A stretch of DNA of 64,000 nucleotides from Geopsychrobacteraceae bacterium (GTDB taxonomy: Bacteria > Desulfobacterota > Desulfuromonadia > Desulfuromonadales > Geopsychrobacteraceae), in contig OY759353.1 in the NCBI GenBank assembly GCA_963662315.1, positions 832,001-896,000 on the forward strand. The letters are read 5' to 3'. Below the pieces are notes generated by a model. The model did not search any database and was not told where the DNA came from. It saw nothing but the letters and a program-made list of their open reading frames with translations. Within the stretch, counting starts at the first letter, position 1; every line of letters begins with the position of its first letter. The translations under genes were made by a program, and so were the position numbers. Of the stretch, positions 55,923 through 64,000 are shown in pieces.

Positions 55923-58900
55923 TCAGACGGCAAGCAGACCGTCGAGGCTGCGCAATAAAACGGTGAAAGGATGAAAGTTACTGGTCTTTTCACTAAGCAG
56001 GCTCTGTCTTAGATCATCATAGACCCGCATTTTCTGGCGTCTGACCGCAAAGTAAGCATCCGGCTGCACGGCCTGTTCTGCGGCGACATGCTGAATAATC
56101 CTGACATGCACCGCCTGCAGTGATCCCAGTAACGATTCACGAGCCTGACGATCCCAATGATCTCTGACCGGAACCCTACCAACCAGATCGAAGATATCAT
56201 CAAGTTTAAGTTGATGATCAACAACGGCTTTGATGTTGGCCAGTTGCTCAAGATTGTCACAGGCCTGATTACACATGCCAAACAGGGAGATAAAGTCTCC
56301 CAGGTAATTCATCAACACAAATCGTGACGCCATGTCTTCTTGCAGGCCATGCCCTTTGAACTGCTCAAGAACTTTGGCTTTTTTACTTGTTTCCAGATCA
56401 TCCAACATGCTTGGAATCAGGTCGGAATACGCATTGAACTGCTTTTTCATAAAGGCCAATTCATCAGCCGACTGGGGTATTTTGATACCGTTGCCCAGAG
56501 CATACCGTGTATAACCTGCAATCAAGGCTTCAAGTTTCAACAGCAGTGCATACTGCTTATTGGCATCGGTCTTATTATCAAGGGCATAAACAGCACTTCT
56601 GAGCTCAGCACCTCCGACCAGACTGTCAAACACAAGATACGCAAGCGCAACATCAACTTGAGAACAACCAATCATCCGGCTGGTATTCAGCAGGAAGGTC
56701 GCACCCGCCTGATCGATAACCCTGTTGGTCAGCATCGTGGCCATAATTTCCTTGGCCAGCGGATGTTTTGGTAACACGTCACGGTAACGATCGATGACTT
56801 CCTGCGGGAAATAATCAAGCAGCAAACCGGTAACAACCGGATTATTCGGCAAATCGGTATCGTTCAGGGCGCTGAATAAGAACATCTTACTGTAGGCCAG
56901 AAGAACCGACAGCTCCGGTCGCACCAGTCGCGCCTCGCTTCTGGACAGGACATCTTTTCTACTCGGTAAAAACTCACCGCGCCGGTCGAGCAACCCGGCG
57001 CGACCAAGACGGTCGATCAGGTCAAGATAGGAATCGACATCTTTACGGCAGCGGATTTCATCAAGAGACAGTGCGAGAGTCTGGGTATAATTGTTAGCCA
57101 GAACATCCTTACAAACTGTCTCTTGAATCTCTTCAAGCAAGGCATACCCCTGTTCGAGATTATTGATTTTACCTTCATGACGTAATTCGCGCAGGAGAAT
57201 TTTGAGATTCACCTCATGGTCGGAACTATCAACACCCCCGGAATTGTCGATGGCATCGGTATTGATATGCCCGCCAGCCAGCGCATATTCAATCCTGCCT
57301 AATTGGGTCACCCCAAGGTTTCCACCTTCGCCAACAACCTTGGCTTTAATTTCAAGTGCATCAATTCGTACAGCGTCATTAGCACGGTCGCCGGCATCTT
57401 CATTGGTTTCGGTACTGGCTTTGATATATGTCCCGATACCACCGTTCCACAACAGGTCGACCTCCGCGGTCAGTATCAGTTTAATCAGACCGGGCACATC
57501 AATACTGCTCTGCCGCGTGCCCAGCATCTGAGCAACTTGCGGCGATAGTGGAATTTCCTTGAGTTGGCGCGAATATACACCACCACCGGATGAGATGAGG
57601 TCTTTATTGTAATCATCCCAGCTTGAGCGCGGCAAATTGAACAGACGTTCACGTTCAAGGAAAGAGATTTCCGGATCGGGGTTCGGATCCAGGAAGATAT
57701 GCCGGTGATCAAAAGCAGCAAGCAGTCTGATTTTACGTGACAGCAGCATGCCGTTACCGAAGACATCACCGCTCATATCACCAACCCCGACAACGGTAAA
57801 GGGTTCAGACTGGATATCGTGCCCCATTTCACGGAAAGACCGCTTAACACTTTCCCAGGCACCGCGGGCGGTTATACCAAGCTTTTTATGGTCATAGCCG
57901 TGTGAGCCGCCGCTGGCAAAAGCATCCCCCAACCAGAAACCATAGGAATTACTGACCGCATTGGCGGTATCTGACAAGTGTGCGGTACCTTTATCGGCAG
58001 CAACAACCAGATATGGGTCCAGATCATCGTACGCGATAACACCCTCGGGACGAATGATCTGATTGCCTTCACGGTTGTCTGCGGTATCAAGCAGTCCGCG
58101 CATCAGGGTCTCGTAAGCAGCAGTGACATATTTACCCATTTGTTCACGATCCGGACTGGTGAGTTTGGTGATAAACCCGCCTTTGGCACCCTGCGGAACG
58201 ATAACCGCGTTCTTGGCCATCTGCGCCTTGACCAGACCGAGAACTTCAGTGCGGAAATCATCGGGGCGGTCTGACCAGCGAATGCCACCACGTGAAACCT
58301 TACCGCCGCGCATATGGATCCCTTCCATGGTTGCCGAGTGGACATAAACCTCATACAACGGACGCGGACTCGGCATATCGATGACACCAAGAGAACTGAT
58401 CTTGATCGAGATAAAGTAGTCATCACGCTGATAACGCAGGAAAAAATTGGTCCGGATGGTGGAATCAATCAGGTTGAACAAGGTCCTTAAAATACGGTCT
58501 TCGTTGGTATCGCTGACTTCTTCAAGCGCAGTGGCAAGTTCCATGCGAATGGGGGAAAGAACATCAAGCTCCCTGACCATCGGGTCATTCCACTCTTCGG
58601 ACGGCTTAAAGCGCCCCTCAAAATAACGATAAAGCAGAAGTGCTACCTGGTAATTATTCACCAGACTATCTGCAACCCGCTTTTTGCTGAACGGGCTCCC
58701 TAGTTGGAAATAATAATTACGATAGCAGCGGAATACGTCTATTTCCCGCCACGACAGTCCGGTAAGCAGCTGTAGCTGATGGAGGTAGTCATTCTCGACC
58801 TCCCCTTTACGCATGGCGGCCAGCGTATCAAGCATCAGGTGTTTGATTTCTTTAAACGATTTTACCCCGGTAACATTAGGGCGAATACCGAAGCTTTTGA

Positions 58901-60686
58901 TATAAATGGGCTTACCGTCGATAGTCAAATCTGAATCGACTTCGTGAAGGATACAAAGATCCAGATTCTGCAGGAACGGCATTAAGGAGTTCAGGTAACT
59001 GCGCTGCAAGCTGTAGAATTGCAGACGGTAATAATTCTCCTGCTCATGAAATGGCCCCCACAGGTCAAAAAGATCTTCGCCTGTTGCCAGCAGTTTTTCA
59101 ATATTACGCACGTCACGTATGGCAAAGCGTGGATGAATCCTGTCCCGATAATCTTTGTGGAACGAACCGATATAGCGTTCCCACATCGCGAAAGCATCAG
59201 CCCCAAAACTCTTATCGAGAAGTTGCCTGAATTTAAGCTTCCACGGCATGGCGATGCGGGTTAAGCCCTGCTCCAGCTTAACCAGATCTACGACAACCTC
59301 TTTGGTGTGCAGTAACAAGTTCATATGCATGCTGAGATAGTCTGAAGCCAGATGAATCAGGCGCGATTCGACCCGCACGGCACTGAAAAAGCGCCGCACA
59401 TAACCTTCCATCCGTTCAATATGCTCCGGAAGGTAATATTCATTGGGCATGATCAACAACAAAGTCAGGCCATTTTCCGATGCACTGGGTGCAATAACCA
59501 CTTTGACTTCTGCCTGGCGATGCATCTGTGTAAAGGAGCGCAACATTCGCCGTAATTCATCACTGCCCATCAGGAACAACTCAATCTTCGGGAAACTGTT
59601 GATGATCTGAATCGTTTTGCGATAATTATGACTGTCATGGGGGATGTTCAGCTCCTGCAGAGCCGTTGTGATCCGTTTGCGCAGAGCCGGAACCGAAGAG
59701 CTGATTTCGTCGACACTTTTCTGCGTATAAAAACCAAAGAAGCAGTGTTCACGATAGCTGCCATCGCCTAAACGCTCACGGAAACCTAGATAGGTCAGGC
59801 GCTCAAAACGATGAAGAGGACAGTAGAGATCAGGCTTTTCAAGATCAACGTCTTTACTGTGGCCAAGCAGGGAAAAAACCTTATCAGACATCAGCTCCGA
59901 GGCCGCCGCTGAATGGTAAAATGGCTGCTCAAACACATGATCAAGCCCGAGGCGCCGGTCCTGCTCTTCCCTAAATTCAGCCGCTCCGCCACCAGCCGGA
60001 TACAGGTAACTGCGACTGATAACCGGAATAAAGTTATCATCCTGCAACCAGGCAAAGAGATCCTGATACTTTGCCAGTCCTTCTATGCGGCCAAGATCCT
60101 GAAAGCGCTGCCACATGGCGGCCCGGTCACGGTAAATGACAACCGCGGATGAAATAATTGTAAAGACCGCAGAGCGCAGATTGTCGATTAAATGATCAGG
60201 CAGACCCTCCAGTTGAATCCAGACAAATGATTCCCGGACCTGCGTGCTGGTTCCAGAATCGAGATCGACCAGCTTGCCAGCTTCGCGAGACGCAGCCAGC
60301 AACGGATGGCAAACAACCTGAAACGGAATGGAACGCCGATGCAGATATTCCTGCAGGGAAAAGAAAATATGATTGGCATCAGCAGAATTGGCGAACAAGT
60401 AATAGCGACCGTCTTGCCCTTGGGGAATGAGCTCGACACGAACATCATCCGACCGCTCCAGAAGAAAATCAGCCGCCAGGCAAAGATTATTGACAATTTC
60501 GGGCAATTCTAATTGAGCAAGGATATTGAGTGGAATTTCTTCGCGGAAGATTTCCGCAAGCTGTAATTTGATTTTGAGATGTTGTGATTGATTTTGTTTA
60601 TTTAACTCTGTTTCGATCTTCTCTGAACTGAATAGTTCATCCCGGTAACCTGACGTACGACCTCCACGGGCCACAGTCACTTCCAT
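55923..60686 (-). CDS. Large NAD-specific glutamate dehydrogenase
   Basis: RGGIRWSDR, KNAVIVP.GAKGGF, YLVVAADKGTA, GDAFASGGS, GVGDMSGDVFGNG and GEGGNLG. Confidence 0.95.
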   Translation of the reverse strand: MEVTVARGGRTSGYRDELFSSEKIETELNKQNQSQHLKIKLQLAEIFREEIPLNILAQLELPEIVNNLCLAADFLLERSDDVRVELIPQGQDGRYYLFANSADANHIFFSLQEYLHRRSIPFQVVCHPLLAASREAGKLVDLDSGTSTQVRESFVWIQLEGLPDHLIDNLRSAVFTIISSAVVIYRDRAAMWQRFQDLGRIEGLAKYQDLFAWLQDDNFIPVISRSYLYPAGGGAAEFREEQDRRLGLDHVFEQPFYHSAAASELMSDKVFSLLGHSKDVDLEKPDLYCPLHRFERLTYLGFRERLGDGSYREHCFFGFYTQKSVDEISSSVPALRKRITTALQELNIPHDSHNYRKTIQIINSFPKIELFLMGSDELRRMLRSFTQMHRQAEVKVVIAPSASENGLTLLLIMPNEYYLPEHIERMEGYVRRFFSAVRVESRLIHLASDYLSMHMNLLLHTKEVVVDLVKLEQGLTRIAMPWKLKFRQLLDKSFGADAFAMWERYIGSFHKDYRDRIHPRFAIRDVRNIEKLLATGEDLFDLWGPFHEQENYYRLQFYSLQRSYLNSLMPFLQNLDLCILHEVDSDLTIDGKPIYIKSFGIRPNVTGVKSFKEIKHLMLDTLAAMRKGEVENDYLHQLQLLTGLSWREIDVFRCYRNYYFQLGSPFSKKRVADSLVNNYQVALLLYRYFEGRFKPSEEWNDPMVRELDVLSPIRMELATALEEVSDTNEDRILRTLFNLIDSTIRTNFFLRYQRDDYFISIKISSLGVIDMPSPRPLYEVYVHSATMEGIHMRGGKVSRGGIRWSDRPDDFRTEVLGLVKAQMAKNAVIVPQGAKGGFITKLTSPDREQMGKYVTAAYETLMRGLLDTADNREGNQIIRPEGVIAYDDLDPYLVVAADKGTAHLSDTANAVSNSYGFWLGDAFASGGSHGYDHKKLGITARGAWESVKRSFREMGHDIQSEPFTVVGVGDMSGDVFGNGMLLSRKIRLLAAFDHRHIFLDPNPDPEISFLERERLFNLPRSSWDDYNKDLISSGGGVYSRQLKEIPLSPQVAQMLGTRQSSIDVPGLIKLILTAEVDLLWNGGIGTYIKASTETNEDAGDRANDAVRIDALEIKAKVVGEGGNLGVTQLGRIEYALAGGHINTDAIDNSGGVDSSDHEVNLKILLRELRHEGKINNLEQGYALLEEIQETVCKDVLANNYTQTLALSLDEIRCRKDVDSYLDLIDRLGRAGLLDRRGEFLPSRKDVLSRSEARLVRPELSVLLAYSKMFLFSALNDTDLPNNPVVTGLLLDYFPQEVIDRYRDVLPKHPLAKEIMATMLTNRVIDQAGATFLLNTSRMIGCSQVDVALAYLVFDSLVGGAELRSAVYALDNKTDANKQYALLLKLEALIAGYTRYALGNGIKIPQSADELAFMKKQFNAYSDLIPSMLDDLETSKKAKVLEQFKGHGLQEDMASRFVLMNYLGDFISLFGMCNQACDNLEQLANIKAVVDHQLKLDDIFDLVGRVPVRDHWDRQARESLLGSLQAVHVRIIQHVAAEQAVQPDAYFAVRRQKMRVYDDLRQSLLSEKTSNFHPFTVLLRSLDGLLAV

Positions 60687-60806
60687 GATGATCTCCCTGA
60701 TCCTCTTTGATGAAAGTAAGAAATTATTACGGACAGGATTGTCCGTAATAAGAGAGAATCATAGACCAGTAAAAATGGCTAATCAAGCTATGTTGCTAAA
60801 TAAATA

Positions 60807-61598
60807 TCAGCTTTCAGTAAAAAAACCTTTTGTCAGAAGTGAAAAATCTTCAAGACTTAGAGCTTCCCCCCTGGTTTTAGGAGAAATTTGCGCAAAAGCC
60901 AATGCTTTATCGATCTCTTCAGCATGAAAAGAAGAGGCCAACAGACTATTGCGTAAGGTTTTGCGTCGTTGCGTAAAGGCGCCTTTAACGACCCGGCGAA
61001 ACAGATCCTCATCAATAGGATCGACTTTTGGAGTCGCCCGGCGTTTGAAGTGCAGTACAATGGAATCAACTTTAGGGGGAGGATTAAAGGCTCCAGGTTT
61101 AACTAACGTCACTAATTTAATATCAAACCACAACTGGGTCAGAACCGACAAAATGCCATAGTCCTTGCCGCCAGGAGCTGCGGCCAGACGTTCCCCCACT
61201 TCACGCTGAAACATCAGGACCAGATGGTCAAACAGGTGGCGTTGATCGATGATTTTAAACACGACCTGACTGGAGATGTTATAGGGCAGATTGGCAACCA
61301 TAATATATGGTGCGGCCGTGAACAACTCTTCCCAGTCAAGCTTAAGAACATCTCCACCGTGCACGGTTAATTTCGGATCTTCGCGCTGGTTGAGTCGTTC
61401 AATCAGATCACGATCAATTTCCATGACGTCAACATGAGCAGCGCGGGGCAACAGCTGGTCAGTCAGCACTCCAAGCCCTGGACCAATTTCGATGACCCGT
61501 TTAGTATTATCCAGCTGAGCTGCGCTGATGATTTTATCTATAACAGAATAATCATGCAGGAAATGCTGGCCGAAACGTTTTTTTGTGCGATACTCCAT
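60807..61598 (-). CDS. rsmA: 16S rRNA m6,2A dimethyltransferase
   Basis: KRFGQHFL, EIGPGLG, ANLPYNIS and PPPKVDS. Confidence 0.97.
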   Translation of the reverse strand: MEYRTKKRFGQHFLHDYSVIDKIISAAQLDNTKRVIEIGPGLGVLTDQLLPRAAHVDVMEIDRDLIERLNQREDPKLTVHGGDVLKLDWEELFTAAPYIMVANLPYNISSQVVFKIIDQRHLFDHLVLMFQREVGERLAAAPGGKDYGILSVLTQLWFDIKLVTLVKPGAFNPPPKVDSIVLHFKRRATPKVDPIDEDLFRRVVKGAFTQRRKTLRNSLLASSFHAEEIDKALAFAQISPKTRGEALSLEDFSLLTKGFFTES

Positions 61599-61711
61599 GA
61601 AAATTATCCAAGACCTTATACAGAAAAATAACTCTTTAATTAGATATACAATGTTCTACGAAACCATAAAACCAAACAGTATAGTAGCGATGAACGCGTG
61701 TCGCGCAAGAC

Positions 61712-62185
61712 TCAGGAACGCCGCCGCGGCCAGCGTGGAATTTTCCACTGCCTTAAGCTGGGAACAAATCTGACGGTGAGCGTGTAACCGATGATAGAAC
61801 AGGGAATGCCGAGGACCAGGCTCCCAAGTAACAAGGGCGTTGCAAACTGCAGCCCCATAGTAAACAGTTTTTCATAATTGATGTGGTGATGAAAAATCGG
61901 CGGATAACCGAGTAACATGCGCCCAATTTCATATTCAAGACCGTAAATAACAGGAGCGGTAACAGGGTTGGTCACAAAAACACCGATAAAGGTCGCTATT
62001 TTGTTCTGGCGCAGTAAAAATGCAAAAACGATGGCGAGAATCATCTGAAATCCGAAGGTTGGCGTAAACCCGATAAAAAGACCAAGCGCCATCCCCCGGC
62101 CAATGGCATCCGGTTCAGACTGGATGCGGGCAAGCCGAATCAAGTTTAACTTGAACTGTCTGAAAAAACCCCAGCGTCGCCACAT
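61712..62185 (-). CDS. DUF2062 membrane protein
   Basis: GMALGLFIGFTP, NK.A....FVTNPVT; start moved to ATG 62185. Confidence 0.85.
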   Translation of the reverse strand: MWRRWGFFRQFKLNLIRLARIQSEPDAIGRGMALGLFIGFTPTFGFQMILAIVFAFLLRQNKIATFIGVFVTNPVTAPVIYGLEYEIGRMLLGYPPIFHHHINYEKLFTMGLQFATPLLLGSLVLGIPCSIIGYTLTVRFVPSLRQWKIPRWPRRRS

Positions 62186-62192
62186 AATGAAA

Positions 62193-63206
62193 TCAGCACC
62201 GTACCTGTTCAAGCGGCCAACTGGAAACCGCATTCAAGTCAAGAGCTGACTGCACTCCGGCTTTCAGATAATAATCCCCCGCCACAGCAAGCATGGCGGC
62301 GTTGTCCGCACACAACAATGGCCGGGGGAAAAAAACCTGTAACCCATGATTGTCGGCAACGTCATGCAAGGTTTTGCGCAAACCTGAATTACAGGCGACT
62401 CCACCAGCAACAACAATACGCTGTAAACCGTGATCTTGTGCTGCACGCATGATTTTTTTAACCAAAACATCAACAACGGCGGTCTGGAAAGCACAGGCAA
62501 TCTGAGCCGTTTGCTGGTCATCCGGAGGGCCATCGAGTTTATGCAGGTAATTCAGCACAGCGGTTTTCATGCCGGAAAAGCTGAAATCATAATTCGCTTT
62601 TTTAAGCAGCGGCCGTGGAAATACGACTCCTCCGTCATCCCCTTGAGCAGCAAGCTTGTCAATAATCGGACCTCCCGGATAGCCAAGGCCAAGCATCTTG
62701 GCAACCTTGTCAAACGCCTCACCGGCGGCATCATCGACTGTACGGCCAAGGAGCTGATACCGACCAATGCCATCAACACGGTACAGGTGCGTGTGCCCTC
62801 CAGACACAGCCGCCGCCAGAAACGGATAGTCCACGTGCTGTTCGAGTTGTACGGCAAGAATATGACCTTCAATATGATGGACTCCCAACATGGGAATATT
62901 CAGGGCATAAGCATAGGCTTTGGCAAACGAAAGACCAACGAGCAAAGCTCCTATCAATCCGGGCCCTCGGGTTGCGACAACGCCATCCAGGTCCTGCGCA
63001 GCAATTCCAGCATCGGCAAGAGCCTTATCAACCAATGGACCGATCACCTCAAGATGTCGACGCGAAGCCAATTCCGGCACAACACCGCCGTAGACGGCAT
63101 GCAAATCGACTTGCGAGGAAATCAGGTTGGACAAAATTTCATGTCCATCTCTAACCACCGCGGCCGATGTTTCATCACAAGAGCTTTCCAGAGCAAGTAA
63201 CAACAT
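62193..63206 (-). CDS. tsaD: tRNA t6A37 threonylcarbamoyltransferase
   Basis: ESSCDET, GGVVPELASR, HHIEGH, SGGHT, FSFSG.KT and DNAAM. Confidence 0.97.
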   Translation of the reverse strand: MLLLALESSCDETSAAVVRDGHEILSNLISSQVDLHAVYGGVVPELASRRHLEVIGPLVDKALADAGIAAQDLDGVVATRGPGLIGALLVGLSFAKAYAYALNIPMLGVHHIEGHILAVQLEQHVDYPFLAAAVSGGHTHLYRVDGIGRYQLLGRTVDDAAGEAFDKVAKMLGLGYPGGPIIDKLAAQGDDGGVVFPRPLLKKANYDFSFSGMKTAVLNYLHKLDGPPDDQQTAQIACAFQTAVVDVLVKKIMRAAQDHGLQRIVVAGGVACNSGLRKTLHDVADNHGLQVFFPRPLLCADNAAMLAVAGDYYLKAGVQSALDLNAVSSWPLEQVRC

Positions 63207-63236
63207 GGTAATTGTTTATCCGTTTTTTAGTATGCT

Positions 63237-64000
63237 TCACAAAACATTGGCAGCAAGCTCTGCCAGTGCCGAACGTTCCCCTTTGCTCAGGGTCGTATGT
63301 CCAGCGATGTCATGTCCTTTAAGGCGTTCTACAGAGAATGTTAAACCGTTACTTGAAGAATCAACATACGGGTTATCTATCTGATAGGGGTCTCCGGTGA
63401 GGATGATTTTCGTCCCCTCGCCGGCCCGGGTTATGATGGTTTTAATTTCATGAGGCGTCAGATTTTGCGCTTCATCAACAATCATATACTGCTTAGGAAT
63501 TGACCGACCACGAATATAAGTCAGAGGTTCAATCTCCATCAGTCCAAGGTCAATCAATTCCCGATAGCCACGCTTGCGCTTTCCGACTTCATCATATGAT
63601 GACAGCAACAATTCGACATTATCAAAAATGGGCTGCATCCAAGGAGCCAGTTTCTCTTCAATATCGCCAGGCAGGAATCCAAGATCTTTTCCCATGGGGA
63701 AAACCGGGCGCGAAACAAGCAGACGATTATACGCACCTTCATCCGCTGTTTTCAATAGTCCAGCGGCAATTGCCAGTAAAGTTTTGCCGGTTCCGGCTTT
63801 ACCGACCAGAGAAACCAGCTGGATGTCGTCATTCAACAACAGATCAAAAGCGAATTGTTGTTCACGATTACGCGGATGAATTCCCCAGACCCCCTCTTTA
63901 GGTGGTCGAACTAAAGGCACAAGTTGCCCGGTAGCGGCATTAAACCGTGCCAATGCCGTGTGCGAAGAATTCGCTTCATCAATCAGCGTGACCCCCTGGT
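63237..64000 (-). CDS. PhoH family protein (PIN-PhoH type), 5' end outside the window
   Basis: PRNREQ, GKAGTGKT, GFLPG, YIRGRS, DEAQN and GDPYQID; frame stays open to the window edge. Confidence 0.9.
   Translation of the reverse strand, partial: QGVTLIDEANSSHTALARFNAATGQLVPLVRPPKEGVWGIHPRNREQQFAFDLLLNDDIQLVSLVGKAGTGKTLLAIAAGLLKTADEGAYNRLLVSRPVFPMGKDLGFLPGDIEEKLAPWMQPIFDNVELLLSSYDEVGKRKRGYRELIDLGLMEIEPLTYIRGRSIPKQYMIVDEAQNLTPHEIKTIITRAGEGTKIILTGDPYQIDNPYVDSSSNGLTFSVERLKGHDIAGHTTLSKGERSALAELAANVL

Overview
Bacterial chromosome window, most likely from a Desulfuromonadales-type deltaproteobacterium. This is an inference from the tmRNA tag ADSDVSYALAA and the housekeeping block, not a database result. 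(1) 1-18.4 kb: one minus-strand sugar-acid catabolic cluster. It holds a DgoR-like GntR regulator with a TTGTA-N-TACAA operator, a TRAP transporter, an unusually long IlvD/Edd dehydratase, dgoK/dgoA, three FAH-fold enzymes (including a XylX-like one), an enolase-superfamily dehydratase, KGSA dehydrogenase, an HpcH aldolase, ltnD and a DUF1537 kinase, plus an unannotated deletion scar of a dgoD-like gene. (2) 18.6-32 kb: panE-like gene, a long hairpin element, a serine recombinase, and a sigma-54/PrpR-like-controlled operon (LarA-like enzyme, 2-hydroxyacid dehydrogenase, RraA aldolase, TctBAC). This section ends with an intact but catalytically eroded IS110-family gene that has no room for IS ends. 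(3) 32-40 kb: an aconitase-X / dehydroquinase cluster with a divergent IclR. (4) 40-49.5 kb: umuDC, then a decayed, visibly GC-richer island (2x RhuM, Fic, a collapsed type IIG RM gene, an excisionase-like HTH) bounded by a 12-bp direct repeat next to the tmRNA 3' end. (5) 49.5-64 kb: core genes (ssrA, smpB, rseC-like, amidohydrolase, panB-panC-panP with a pan-type leader, large NAD-GDH, rsmA, DUF2062, tsaD, partial PhoH). The strongest candidates for novelty are the possibly domesticated IS110 recombinase and the AcnX-, LarA- and Edd-centred catabolic pathways. All family assignments come from motif recognition by eye; no searches were run.
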